This document shows positions 9,794 to 18,203 of a DNA stretch of 64,000 nucleotides, one piece after another. The notes beneath the pieces were generated by a model. That model was not told the DNA's origin, made no database searches, and saw only the letters and a program-made list of their open reading frames with translations. The first letter of the stretch is position 1. The number at the start of each line of letters is the position of its first letter. The position numbers and the translations under genes were made by a program. The stretch comes from Candidatus Saccharimonadota bacterium (GTDB taxonomy: Bacteria; Patescibacteriota; Saccharimonadia; Saccharimonadales; DTSZ01), in the NCBI GenBank assembly GCA_012965045.1, contig DTSZ01000001.1, positions 812,024 through 876,023 on the forward strand. The letters run 5' to 3'.

Positions 9794-11206
9794 ATGAATA
9801 TCGAAGCTTCGCCACAACAACCTAAACAGGATAATTTTGCCGGTAAAGACCGATTTATTAGTTTTATGGCAGACGTTTTGGGCGTTGAAGAAGAATCATT
9901 GCAGGATTATTATTCTGAACCTGAGCAGGCAGTCCAAGCACTTGAAATCATCGGAAAGGCGAAGTTGGCAGCAGTAAGCACACGAGAAAGCAGCTGCGAC
10001 GTTGCGGGTGTTGTTGCCAAGCATATTGGCATTGGAAGAGAAGAAAAACTCGCATATTCTGAGTTCTATCACGGATTCGGCTATGCAAGTGCTAACTCTG
10101 CATGTGCAGCGGCGTACCAGTACAAAAAACGAGCACCGAAGTATCTAGCAAGTGTCCTACCATATTCAGATCTCAAAGATCAGTCTTTAAATTTTTCCGA
10201 TAGGCCAAAGAGGAACAACATCACCAGAAACAATGGCCATAAATTACCAGGCCCAAGCAAGTCACGCCAAAAAAGGCGAAGCACAAACACGAGTAGTGGG
10301 GAGATTCGGAATGGTGTAGCTCAGGATCTTCTTGATATTTATTTTTCAGATATTGGTAAGCATGAATTACTAACTGCCGACGAAGAAGTGCAACTAGCAA
10401 AACAAATAGAAGCAGGACGGGCAGTTAAAGAAGAAGTTAAAGACGTGACTGTTCTCACCCCGCAGCAGCATGCGACTCTCAAGCAAGCAGATATGGCTTT
10501 TGAGCGTTTCGTAGTCGCAAATCAGCGTCTTGTAATTAATATTGCTGCAAAGTTTTCTAAACGCACATCTATGGAGCTTGGTGAGCTCATTCAAGAGGGC
10601 AACCTGGGGCTGCACCGAGGTGTTGAAAAGTTTGATTGGCGACGTGGGTATAAATTCTCTACCTACGCTACATGGTGGATCCGACAAGCTATTCAACGAG
10701 CCATCGCCAGCCAAAGTAGACTAATTCGATTACCTGTCGCAGTGCATGACAAGTCCATAAAAGTAAGAGCAGCACATAACAGACTATTAACCGAAACTGG
10801 CCAAGAACCAACCGATCAAGAGCTTGCGATTGCAACTCGATTAACTCCAGAGCAAGTCGCAGCGGTTCGTAATGTTGAACCTAAAGTAAGCTCACTAGAT
10901 GCCAAAGTTAAACCAAGCAGCGATTCAGCAGAAATGTATGGCTTTAGGCCTGATGATGGCCCAACACCAGAGGAGGAAGTCGTTATTTCTCAATTAACTG
11001 CAGAGGTCCATAAAGCACTAAACACACTCGACGAACGATCGCGATATATTATCAAAGCTCGATACGGCTTAAATGGAAAGAAGAGGTCGCGCGACAGTCT
11101 TGGTGAAGAACTAGGAACTAGCAGAGAAGCAATTAAAAAAATTGAGATTAGGGCTCTAAGACGGTTGTCGCAACACGCACCAGATTTGCGAGCGTATGTG
11201 GCTTGA
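9794..11206 (+). CDS. sigma-70-family factor, primary-like (group 1/2) with a unique N-terminal domain
   Basis: Motifs [31 protein letters not shown], the region 1.2 sequence DLLDIYFSDIGKHELLTADEEV, and a region 4 HTH. The track start at 9764 is TTG; I prefer the ATG at 9794, but the start is uncertain. Confidence 0.85.
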   Translation: MNIEASPQQPKQDNFAGKDRFISFMADVLGVEEESLQDYYSEPEQAVQALEIIGKAKLAAVSTRESSCDVAGVVAKHIGIGREEKLAYSEFYHGFGYASANSACAAAYQYKKRAPKYLASVLPYSDLKDQSLNFSDRPKRNNITRNNGHKLPGPSKSRQKRRSTNTSSGEIRNGVAQDLLDIYFSDIGKHELLTADEEVQLAKQIEAGRAVKEEVKDVTVLTPQQHATLKQADMAFERFVVANQRLVINIAAKFSKRTSMELGELIQEGNLGLHRGVEKFDWRRGYKFSTYATWWIRQAIQRAIASQSRLIRLPVAVHDKSIKVRAAHNRLLTETGQEPTDQELAIATRLTPEQVAAVRNVEPKVSSLDAKVKPSSDSAEMYGFRPDDGPTPEEEVVISQLTAEVHKALNTLDERSRYIIKARYGLNGKKRSRDSLGEELGTSREAIKKIEIRALRRLSQHAPDLRAYVA

Positions 11207-11226
11207 GGAAGCTGTATACTTAAAGT

Positions 11227-13791
11227 GTGAACAAACCTAAAAAACTAGTAGTAATTGACGGTAAATCGGTTTTTTATCGGGGCTACTATGCTATGCCAAA
11301 TCTTAGTTTGGCCGACGGCACTCCAACCGGTGGTGTTTATGGGTTTGCGGTTTTGGGGCTTGAAATACTTAAAAAAATGCAGCCAGACTATGTGGTGGTT
11401 GCGTGGGACAAATCTAAAACTAACATCCGGTCGCGCTTAAAGCTGTATCCCGAATATAAGGCTAATCGAAAACCCATGCCCGACGACATGCGGGCTCAAA
11501 TTCCACTTGTCCGTAAATTACTCGACGCCTTTAGTTGGGATTTATTAGAGTGCGACGACTACGAAGCCGACGATATTATGGGGACGCTTGCCAAACAAGT
11601 GTTTGAAGAGGATGGCACCGAAACAATTATGGTTACCAGCGACCTCGACATGTTGCAATGCGTCAATGAACACACGACTGTAGCAGCTCTTAAAAAAGGT
11701 CTTAAAAATGTCGTATATTTTGATCCTAAAAATTTCCGTGAAACCTATAAAGTAACTGCTGAACAATTTATTGATATAAAGGCACTTAAAGGTGATGCCA
11801 GCGACAACATCCCAGGGGTCAGAGGCGTCGGCGAAAAAACAGCTATTAAGTTGATTGACCAATACAACTCGCTGGATGGAGTCTATGAACATATAAACGA
11901 GCAAAAAGGGGCACTAAAAACTAAGCTGGAAGCCGACAAAGACATGGCTTATTTAAGCCGAAAACTGGTAACCATCATGCTAGATGCGCCAGTTAAATTG
12001 GATCGGAAAAAGGCTGCCATCGACAACGTTAAACCGGCTGATATTAAGGCGCTATTTGATGAGTATCGTTTTAGGTCACTTATAAACCAAATACCACAAA
12101 GTTGGCAGCAAAGTGACGATGACATTGAAACGAACTCTATTAAAACAACAATGCAGTTTAAAAAAATGTACTCATTGGACGACCTCACTGACAAAAAAAC
12201 GCTCGCCATGTTTATTCATGACGACGAAGTATGGGTCAGCCCTAATAAAGATACCGTGTACCTATTTGACCCAAAACAACTGAGCAAACTAACTAGTCTA
12301 CATTCGGTGATCGGTCACGACGTAAAAGAAGTATTAAAGCTTTTTGCTCGCCATGCAGCGCCAATGCCAGATGTAGAACACGACACTCGTGTGGGTGGAT
12401 TTTTATTGAACGGCTTACTGCGCGAACAAGACTTAAGCAGTCTAATTGGCGGAGAGGTTGATCAGTCTGAGCCGACGCAAGTACTGACTGCTATTTGGCA
12501 ATTATATGAACAGCAAAACAAAGAACTACAGCAACTACCAAAAGTACAGAAAATCGCCCAGTCAATGGAGTGGCCAATAATAAAAGTACTCGCTCGCATG
12601 GAGCATGAGGGGGTTTTTCTAGACACTGAGTATTTAGAGCACATGTCTGACAAGCTTGAGGATCAAATAACTGACATTGAGCAAGAAATTTATGGACATG
12701 CCGACACAGAATTTAATGTAAATAGCCCCGGGCAGTTAGCTGACGTCTTATATGGCACTTTAAATATTCCAACTGATTTTATAAAAAAGACAAAAAGTGG
12801 GTTTTCTACTGCTGCGAGTGAACTCGATAAAATAAAAGACCTGCATCCAATTGTTGCGCTAATTTTTAAGTACCGCGAATGGACAAAACTTAAGAGCACC
12901 TATGTTGATGCGCTACCGAAGTTAATCGATCAGCATTCACGTTTGCACACAACGTATTCTTTGTCAGTCGCAGCTACAGGTCGGCTGAGTAGCCATGACC
13001 CGAACTTACAAAACATTCCCATTCGCACTGAGTTGGGTAAAACAATTCGCCATGCGTTTAAGCCGGCTACAGGGAATGTGTTCATTAATGCAGACTACTC
13101 ACAATTTGAACTACGTTTAGCCGCAGCTCTTGCCCAAGAACCAGCAATGATCGATGCGTTTAAAAAAGACACTGATATCCACCAGGCAACAGCCGCTCAA
13201 ATGTATGGCATTCCGGTAAACGAAGTGTCTAAAGAGCAGCGCTATAGTGCAAAAGCCGTTAATTTTGGAATTATGTATGGCCAGGGACCGCATGGGCTCA
13301 GTCAAGGCACGGGTATGACTATGGCCGAGGCTAAAAAATTTATAGAAAAGTATTTTGAAATACGACCTAATATCAAAAATTACATTGAACAAATAAAACA
13401 GCAGGCTAAGGACGAGGGATTTGTAGAGACATGGTATGGTCGCCGTCGACCAACGCCAGACGTACAGTCGTCTAACTTTATGGTGCGAGAGGGTGCTTAC
13501 CGCGCAGCAGTAAATATGCCAATGCAGGGTACGGCAGCCGACATTATGAAACTGGCAATGATCAATATCCAAGAGTATTTGGACCAAAAAGTGACAGATG
13601 GAACGTGGAAAATGGAAGATGCTCCAAAAATGCTGCTCCAAGTGCATGACTCAGTGTTGATTGAATGTAGAGAACAAGACGCTGAAGCCGTAGCGAAAAA
13701 AGTCCAAGAAATTATGGAAAATACAAATACCGAAATGCCCGTAACATTTAAGGTTGACTATGCGATCGGCAAGACGTGGGGCGAGATCTAA
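11227..13791 (+). CDS. polA: DNA polymerase I
   Basis: GTG start. The N-terminal 5'-nuclease domain has GVRGVGEKTA. The pol domain has RLSSHDPNLQNIP, AVNFGIMYG and QVHDSVLIE. The middle domain lacks an obvious DxE ExoI motif, so proofreading is probably inactive. Confidence 0.95.
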   Translation: MNKPKKLVVIDGKSVFYRGYYAMPNLSLADGTPTGGVYGFAVLGLEILKKMQPDYVVVAWDKSKTNIRSRLKLYPEYKANRKPMPDDMRAQIPLVRKLLDAFSWDLLECDDYEADDIMGTLAKQVFEEDGTETIMVTSDLDMLQCVNEHTTVAALKKGLKNVVYFDPKNFRETYKVTAEQFIDIKALKGDASDNIPGVRGVGEKTAIKLIDQYNSLDGVYEHINEQKGALKTKLEADKDMAYLSRKLVTIMLDAPVKLDRKKAAIDNVKPADIKALFDEYRFRSLINQIPQSWQQSDDDIETNSIKTTMQFKKMYSLDDLTDKKTLAMFIHDDEVWVSPNKDTVYLFDPKQLSKLTSLHSVIGHDVKEVLKLFARHAAPMPDVEHDTRVGGFLLNGLLREQDLSSLIGGEVDQSEPTQVLTAIWQLYEQQNKELQQLPKVQKIAQSMEWPIIKVLARMEHEGVFLDTEYLEHMSDKLEDQITDIEQEIYGHADTEFNVNSPGQLADVLYGTLNIPTDFIKKTKSGFSTAASELDKIKDLHPIVALIFKYREWTKLKSTYVDALPKLIDQHSRLHTTYSLSVAATGRLSSHDPNLQNIPIRTELGKTIRHAFKPATGNVFINADYSQFELRLAAALAQEPAMIDAFKKDTDIHQATAAQMYGIPVNEVSKEQRYSAKAVNFGIMYGQGPHGLSQGTGMTMAEAKKFIEKYFEIRPNIKNYIEQIKQQAKDEGFVETWYGRRRPTPDVQSSNFMVREGAYRAAVNMPMQGTAADIMKLAMINIQEYLDQKVTDGTWKMEDAPKMLLQVHDSVLIECREQDAEAVAKKVQEIMENTNTEMPVTFKVDYAIGKTWGEI

Positions 13792-13869
13792 AAGCCTACG
13801 GATTGCGTGACTGTACGCTGTCTTACGTTTGGTACAATTAAGTAAATATAACGGGTGGATGGAGGGTTC

Positions 13870-14565
13870 ATGGCTTTAGGAGAAAGTTTAAAGGAAGAAT
13901 TAGCAGTAAGTCTGTATGACATTGGTGTAATTAAGTTCAGTGATTTTGAATGGACTCTGAAAAGTGGCAGAAAATCGCCAGTTTACTACAACCAGCGTGG
14001 CATTGGTTCATGGTCAGGCTCTTCAAACCGTGAACGATCCTTACAGGCAAGGGATTTATTAATTGAAGGTATATCTGAAGCTATTGATGACATGGTAGAT
14101 GAGGAGGGGGGCTATGATCATCTGTATGGCCTTCCGCAATCGGCTACACAACTAACTGGAATGATAGCCGAAAGAAGAAACGATTCAGTACTTTGGGGAC
14201 GAGTTGGGAAAAAAGATTACGGAGCACATGCACAATTAGAAGGTAATTATGGCGAGGGGCAATCTGTTGTTGCGATTGATGATGTCATTACAAATGCCGA
14301 CTCAAAACTAGAAGCAGCGGAAAGCATGGATGCCGCAGGTCTTGATGTTAATGGATTTGTAGTGGTAATGGATCGACAAGAAGGTGGGCAAGAAACACTT
14401 AAGGCTGCTGGGTATACTCTAGTCAGCGTATTGAACATGGCAGAAACAGTCAGGATGTTACGAGAGAATGACCGCATAGGCAATGTTGAGTTTGAATGGA
14501 TGGCTCAATACGGCAGAACCCTCATTCAAGATGGAATTGTTGAACGTTATCCAGTTACTGCATAG
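13870..14565 (+). CDS. pyrE: orotate phosphoribosyltransferase
   Basis: LKSGRKSPVYYN and the PRPP-binding motif VVAIDDVITNADS. The start could be ATG 13870 (after GGAGG) or GTG 13855. Confidence 0.75.
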   Translation: MALGESLKEELAVSLYDIGVIKFSDFEWTLKSGRKSPVYYNQRGIGSWSGSSNRERSLQARDLLIEGISEAIDDMVDEEGGYDHLYGLPQSATQLTGMIAERRNDSVLWGRVGKKDYGAHAQLEGNYGEGQSVVAIDDVITNADSKLEAAESMDAAGLDVNGFVVVMDRQEGGQETLKAAGYTLVSVLNMAETVRMLRENDRIGNVEFEWMAQYGRTLIQDGIVERYPVTA

Positions 14566-14613
14566 TTATAAATTTAGTTAATAAAATTTAAAGTGATGGG
14601 AAAGGGGTCAGAG

Positions 14614-15378
14614 ATGTTAATAGACAAAATCGGCGAACTGGGACCAGATGAACGAATAATTATTGCGTATGACGGAATGAACTTGGAAGAAGCAGCCGAA
14701 TTGCATGCTGAGTTCAATGACGCAGGCTATCACCCAATCGCAAAGGGCAACTCACTTGTAACTCGTCCAGGTTTAGACGCGGTTATGAGTGTATTTGGCG
14801 AGATGGATTCAGGAGTAATGTTTGACCCTAAGCATCACGATACAGATAACACTATGTATAACTACATCACTGAAGATGCGAATGCGAAACCAAATCCTCC
14901 CTTGCTGCTAACACTCCATGCAGCAAACGGCATGGGGGCTCTTCAGGAAGCTGCAAGAGCTAGATCTGAGTCCGTAGGCGTTGATTCGGATATTCTAAAC
15001 TTACTCGGAATAACAGTTTTAACCTCACTAGATAATGAAGATGTTGTCAGTATATTTGGCGAAGGAGCAACTGCTGAAGCAAAATTTGTTGATTTTGCGC
15101 ACAGAGCAGAAGAAGCTGGTTTGCAAGGGCTTGTATCGTCTGGACAAGAACTTGTAGAGGGTTATCGACACGAAAGATTAAATGGACTGCTAAGAGTAAT
15201 TCCAGGTATTAAACTTCCAAAAACAGCCGATACTGCTGGTCAAAAAAGGCTTTATACACCAGATAGAGCAATTGGCGAGGGTGCGCATTTTGTAGTAATA
15301 GGACGAGCAATTACGCAGGCAGAAGAACCATTGGCTGCACTAGAGCAAGCTATGGATTTGATCGATAAAGCAGCTTAG
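14614..15378 (+). CDS. pyrF: orotidine-5'-phosphate decarboxylase
   Basis: Ordered OMPdecase motifs: FDPKHHDTDNT, LHAANG, ITVLTS, IPGIK and VVIGRAIT. I chose the ATG at 14614 after AAAGGGG; the track gives GTG 14593. Confidence 0.8.
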   Translation: MLIDKIGELGPDERIIIAYDGMNLEEAAELHAEFNDAGYHPIAKGNSLVTRPGLDAVMSVFGEMDSGVMFDPKHHDTDNTMYNYITEDANAKPNPPLLLTLHAANGMGALQEAARARSESVGVDSDILNLLGITVLTSLDNEDVVSIFGEGATAEAKFVDFAHRAEEAGLQGLVSSGQELVEGYRHERLNGLLRVIPGIKLPKTADTAGQKRLYTPDRAIGEGAHFVVIGRAITQAEEPLAALEQAMDLIDKAA

Positions 15379-15404
15379 TATTTCAAGACTGCTAAAATTA
15401 AGCC

Positions 15405-16547
15405 ATGCCAGAGCTTCCAGAAGTAGAAACAGTTAAATTAGGTCTAGAAAAGTTAGTTGTTGGTAAAAGAGTCGCTAGGGTTAGTTATAACTGGCCGAAG
15501 GGATTCCCTAATACGCCAGCTGACGTAGATCAGTTTTTGGTTGGCGCAACTATTACAGCTGTGCGCAGACGAGCAAAGGTTTTACTTATTGATCTAAACA
15601 CAGACTACTCATTAATGATCCATTTAAAAATGACCGGGCAACTTGTTTTTGTGCAACAAAAACAAGAAAGTAAAGAGGACCGAGAAGAGAGGGGTGATAG
15701 CGCAGGAAGTTCAAATACCCTCAACTCAAACTCTAATCTCACTACTCAGAACTCTGAAACGAACGAAGTTCGTTTTGGCGCCGGCCATCCAAGCGATTCA
15801 TTAATAAATAAACTTCCTGACAAATCCACACGAGTAATATTTTGCCTCCACAGCCCTTTCAGAAAAGATAGCGGACTTGGTGCAAATACGCGAAAGCAGC
15901 GAAGCGCACAAGTAGATGTGGAGACACCACTTCGACAGAGCACTGCAGATTCTGACAACGAAATTAGCCAAGAACAGTGGCAGCGTTTTGGGCTGAGCCC
16001 AAAAGTAGGGCACTGTGACTCGTGCTTATTTTTTAATGACCAGCGTAAGTTCGGCTGGGTAAAGCTATTGCCTACCGAACAAATAAAAAACGACCCCTTT
16101 ATGCAAAAGGTCGGTCCAGAGCCACTCTCCAAATCTTTCACGGCTACTGTTTTTATTCCCCGTATTCGTAAGCGTGCAAATTCGTCCATTAAAGCAGCCC
16201 TATTAGATCAAACCGTTCTGGCTGGCATTGGTAATATTTATGCCGACGAAAGTTTATTTGGGGCACAAATTCATCCTGCAGTAGTAGTAAAAAACCTGAA
16301 TGACGCTGATTTAACCCGCCTGCTTACAGAAATAAAGTCAGTACTACGGCTTGCCATAAAAAAAGGTGGTAGCTCGGATAAAAACTACGTAAACGCAGAA
16401 GGAAGAAAAGGAAGTTATATAGATTTTGCTAAGGTTTTTCGACGAGAAGGATTGCCGTGTGTTGTGTGTGGTGCTCAGATAGAAAAGTCACGAATTGCTG
16501 GACGAGGTACACACACCTGCCCAAGCTGCCAAAGCAAAACTAAATAG
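15405..16547 (+). CDS. mutM: formamidopyrimidine-DNA glycosylase (Fpg/MutM) with two internal insertions
   Basis: N-terminus MPELPEVETV and C-terminal zinc finger CVVCGAQIEKSRIAGRGTHTCPSCQ. At 380 aa it is longer than the ~270-290 aa usual for Fpg. Confidence 0.9.
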   Translation: MPELPEVETVKLGLEKLVVGKRVARVSYNWPKGFPNTPADVDQFLVGATITAVRRRAKVLLIDLNTDYSLMIHLKMTGQLVFVQQKQESKEDREERGDSAGSSNTLNSNSNLTTQNSETNEVRFGAGHPSDSLINKLPDKSTRVIFCLHSPFRKDSGLGANTRKQRSAQVDVETPLRQSTADSDNEISQEQWQRFGLSPKVGHCDSCLFFNDQRKFGWVKLLPTEQIKNDPFMQKVGPEPLSKSFTATVFIPRIRKRANSSIKAALLDQTVLAGIGNIYADESLFGAQIHPAVVVKNLNDADLTRLLTEIKSVLRLAIKKGGSSDKNYVNAEGRKGSYIDFAKVFRREGLPCVVCGAQIEKSRIAGRGTHTCPSCQSKTK

Positions 16548-16562
16548 CGTATCCTAGAGGTT

Positions 16563-17474
16563 ATGACATACTCATTTATCGGCACCAATATTCATGCAAT
16601 CCGTAGTCATATACAGGAGTTATTTAGCAAAAGTGGCTTAAGTTCGATCACTCGGCTTGATGGCGAAAACATAGCACTGGAAGAAATAAAACAGTCGTTG
16701 AATGGGCAGTCATTATTTAGCACGGGTAGCTTTGTTGTTATCAAAAATCTAAGTAAACACCCAAATTTAAAAGATAAATTAGCTGAAATAATAGCCATGG
16801 TTGGCGATGAAACTACCTGCATATTCGTAGAACAAGACATCGACAAGCGAAAGAAATTCTTTAAAGATTTAAAAAAACTTACAACCTATAAAGAAATAAA
16901 TGAACTGAATCCTACCCAAGCTGCTGAATTTGCCAAAGGCTATGCTAATCAAAAAGAGCGTGATTTATCCTCAGCTGATGCTGCGTATTTGGTTTCAAGA
17001 GTAGGCGCCGAACAGTCGCGGTTAGCAAACGAACTCGATAAACTCTTTCTATACTCAAAGACTATAGACAAAAAAACCATCGATGAGCTGACGGAGCCGA
17101 CTCTACAAGATTCGGTTTTTAATTTAACCGACGCGATATCTGCCAAAAATAGCGGTAAAGCTCTCACCATATACCAATCTCTGCGACAGCAGCAGGTTCA
17201 CCCGATGGAAATTATGGGGACGCTAAGCTGGCATTTGCATACGGTTACTCAAATTTTTTATTTAAAAAATCAGGGAAGCGCACAACAAATAGCCAGAGCT
17301 GTAGGGTTGCACCCATTTGTGGTAGAGAAAAATCTACGCTCAGTTCAATCACTTTCACACGGTCGTTTAAAAGAAATAATTAACTTTGCGATAGAAGCAG
17401 ATGAATCTTTGAAAACAAAAAGCCTCAACCCAGATGACGTGGTTGAGGCTTTGTTGATTAAACTATGTAAGTAA
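16563..17474 (+). CDS. holA: DNA polymerase III delta subunit
   Basis: 303 aa. SLFSTGSFVVIKN and LANELDKLFLY match the HolA pattern. Confidence 0.7.
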   Translation: MTYSFIGTNIHAIRSHIQELFSKSGLSSITRLDGENIALEEIKQSLNGQSLFSTGSFVVIKNLSKHPNLKDKLAEIIAMVGDETTCIFVEQDIDKRKKFFKDLKKLTTYKEINELNPTQAAEFAKGYANQKERDLSSADAAYLVSRVGAEQSRLANELDKLFLYSKTIDKKTIDELTEPTLQDSVFNLTDAISAKNSGKALTIYQSLRQQQVHPMEIMGTLSWHLHTVTQIFYLKNQGSAQQIARAVGLHPFVVEKNLRSVQSLSHGRLKEIINFAIEADESLKTKSLNPDDVVEALLIKLCK

Positions 17475-17476
17475 GT

Positions 17477-17863
17477 TTATTTACTAGTCTTTTTTGCAGC
17501 AGGTTTCTTAGCTGCTGGTTTTTTAGCAGGAGCTTTCTTTGCTGGAGCTTTTTTCGCAGCAGGCTTCTTGGCTGCTGGTTTTTTTGTTGCTGTTGGTTTA
17601 ACGCCAGCTTCTTTAATAAGCTTTGCAGCTGCTGACTTTTTACGCGCAGCATTGTTTTTGTGCAATAAATTCTTTTTAACAGCTTTATCAAGTTGAGATA
17701 CAAGCTGCGAGTGAGCTTCGCTGATTTTTTTTGTGTCTTTGTTAGCTACCGCTTCAGTAAGTGCTTTACTGCGTGCGCGTAATTCGTCTTTAAACGATCG
17801 GTTACGTGCTCGACGGGTAATTTCTTGTCGCATGCGTTTTTGCGCTGACTTAATAATTGGCAT
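17477..17863 (-). CDS. rpsT: 30S ribosomal protein S20 with a C-terminal AKKP-repeat tail
   Basis: MPIIKSAQKRMRQEITRRARNRSFK is the canonical S20 N-terminus. The 128-aa length compares with the ~86 aa usual. Confidence 0.95.
   Translation of the reverse strand: MPIIKSAQKRMRQEITRRARNRSFKDELRARSKALTEAVANKDTKKISEAHSQLVSQLDKAVKKNLLHKNNAARKKSAAAKLIKEAGVKPTATKKPAAKKPAAKKAPAKKAPAKKPAAKKPAAKKTSK
17480..17605 (-). repeat. coding tandem repeat (KKPAA/KKAPA units) forming the S20 tail
   Basis: The protein tail is TATKKPAAKKPAAKKAPAKKAPAKKPAAKKPAAKKTSK. The DNA shows reiterated gctgctggttttt / gcaggagctttctt units. Confidence 0.9.
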
Positions 17864-17909
17864 TGACTCTCTTCTCCAAACTTACATTTATAAATATCTT
17901 CAGAGCAGT

Positions 17910-17938
17910 ACTATACCGCTCATCTGTTGATAAGTAAA
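17910..17938 (-). promoter_or_regulatory. candidate sigma-70 promoter for rpsT
   Basis: On the minus strand: TTTACT (17938-17933), a 17-nt spacer, then TATAGT (17915-17910). Confidence 0.35.
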
Positions 17939-17986
17939 GGTAATAACTTGAAAAAACTATATTAAATAACATACTATACTTATATA

Positions 17987-18015
17987 TTGACAAATATGCA
18001 TAAATAAGCTAATGT
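17987..18015 (+). promoter_or_regulatory. candidate sigma-70 promoter driving the 18.08-19.5 kb genes
   Basis: TTGACA (17987-17992), a 17-nt spacer, then TAATGT (18010-18015). Confidence 0.35.
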
Positions 18016-18081
18016 TAATACATCAATCAAAAAAAGCCCGCCAAAACGGCAGGTAAAAATAAAAAACAAAAAAGGAAAAAA

Positions 18082-18177
18082 ATGGACATTCACGACGGAC
18101 AACACATTGACGTAACAGAAGAAATTATTACTCAGGCAAGTCGCTGGGCAAGTAATTTAATCTCTGATTTAAATTAA
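18082..18177 (+). CDS. possible 31-aa small ORF (MDIHDGQHIDVTEEIITQASRWASNLISDLN)
   Basis: ATG preceded by AAGGA, within a long AT-rich leader. It falls below the ORF-track size cutoff and I cannot assess homology. Confidence 0.2.
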   Translation: MDIHDGQHIDVTEEIITQASRWASNLISDLN

Positions 18178-18203
18178 TAATCGAAAAAGGATACTAACGT
18201 AAC

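Noticed and set aside
13117-13647. 176-aa antisense ORF inside polA.
   Set aside because: It lies entirely within the highly conserved polymerase domain on the opposite strand, which is typical of a shadow ORF.
15746-16189. 147-aa antisense ORF across the Fpg insertion region. I also considered an intein or mobile insertion in Fpg.
   Set aside because: There are no intein splice-junction motifs (no Cys/Ser +1 and no terminal His-Asn) and no endonuclease motif. The inserted segments are in frame and low-complexity, so they are treated as protein insertions.
17458-17703. 81-aa Q/L/K-rich ORF on the minus strand.
   Set aside because: It is an alternate frame of the repetitive S20 tail DNA. S20 itself is unambiguous.
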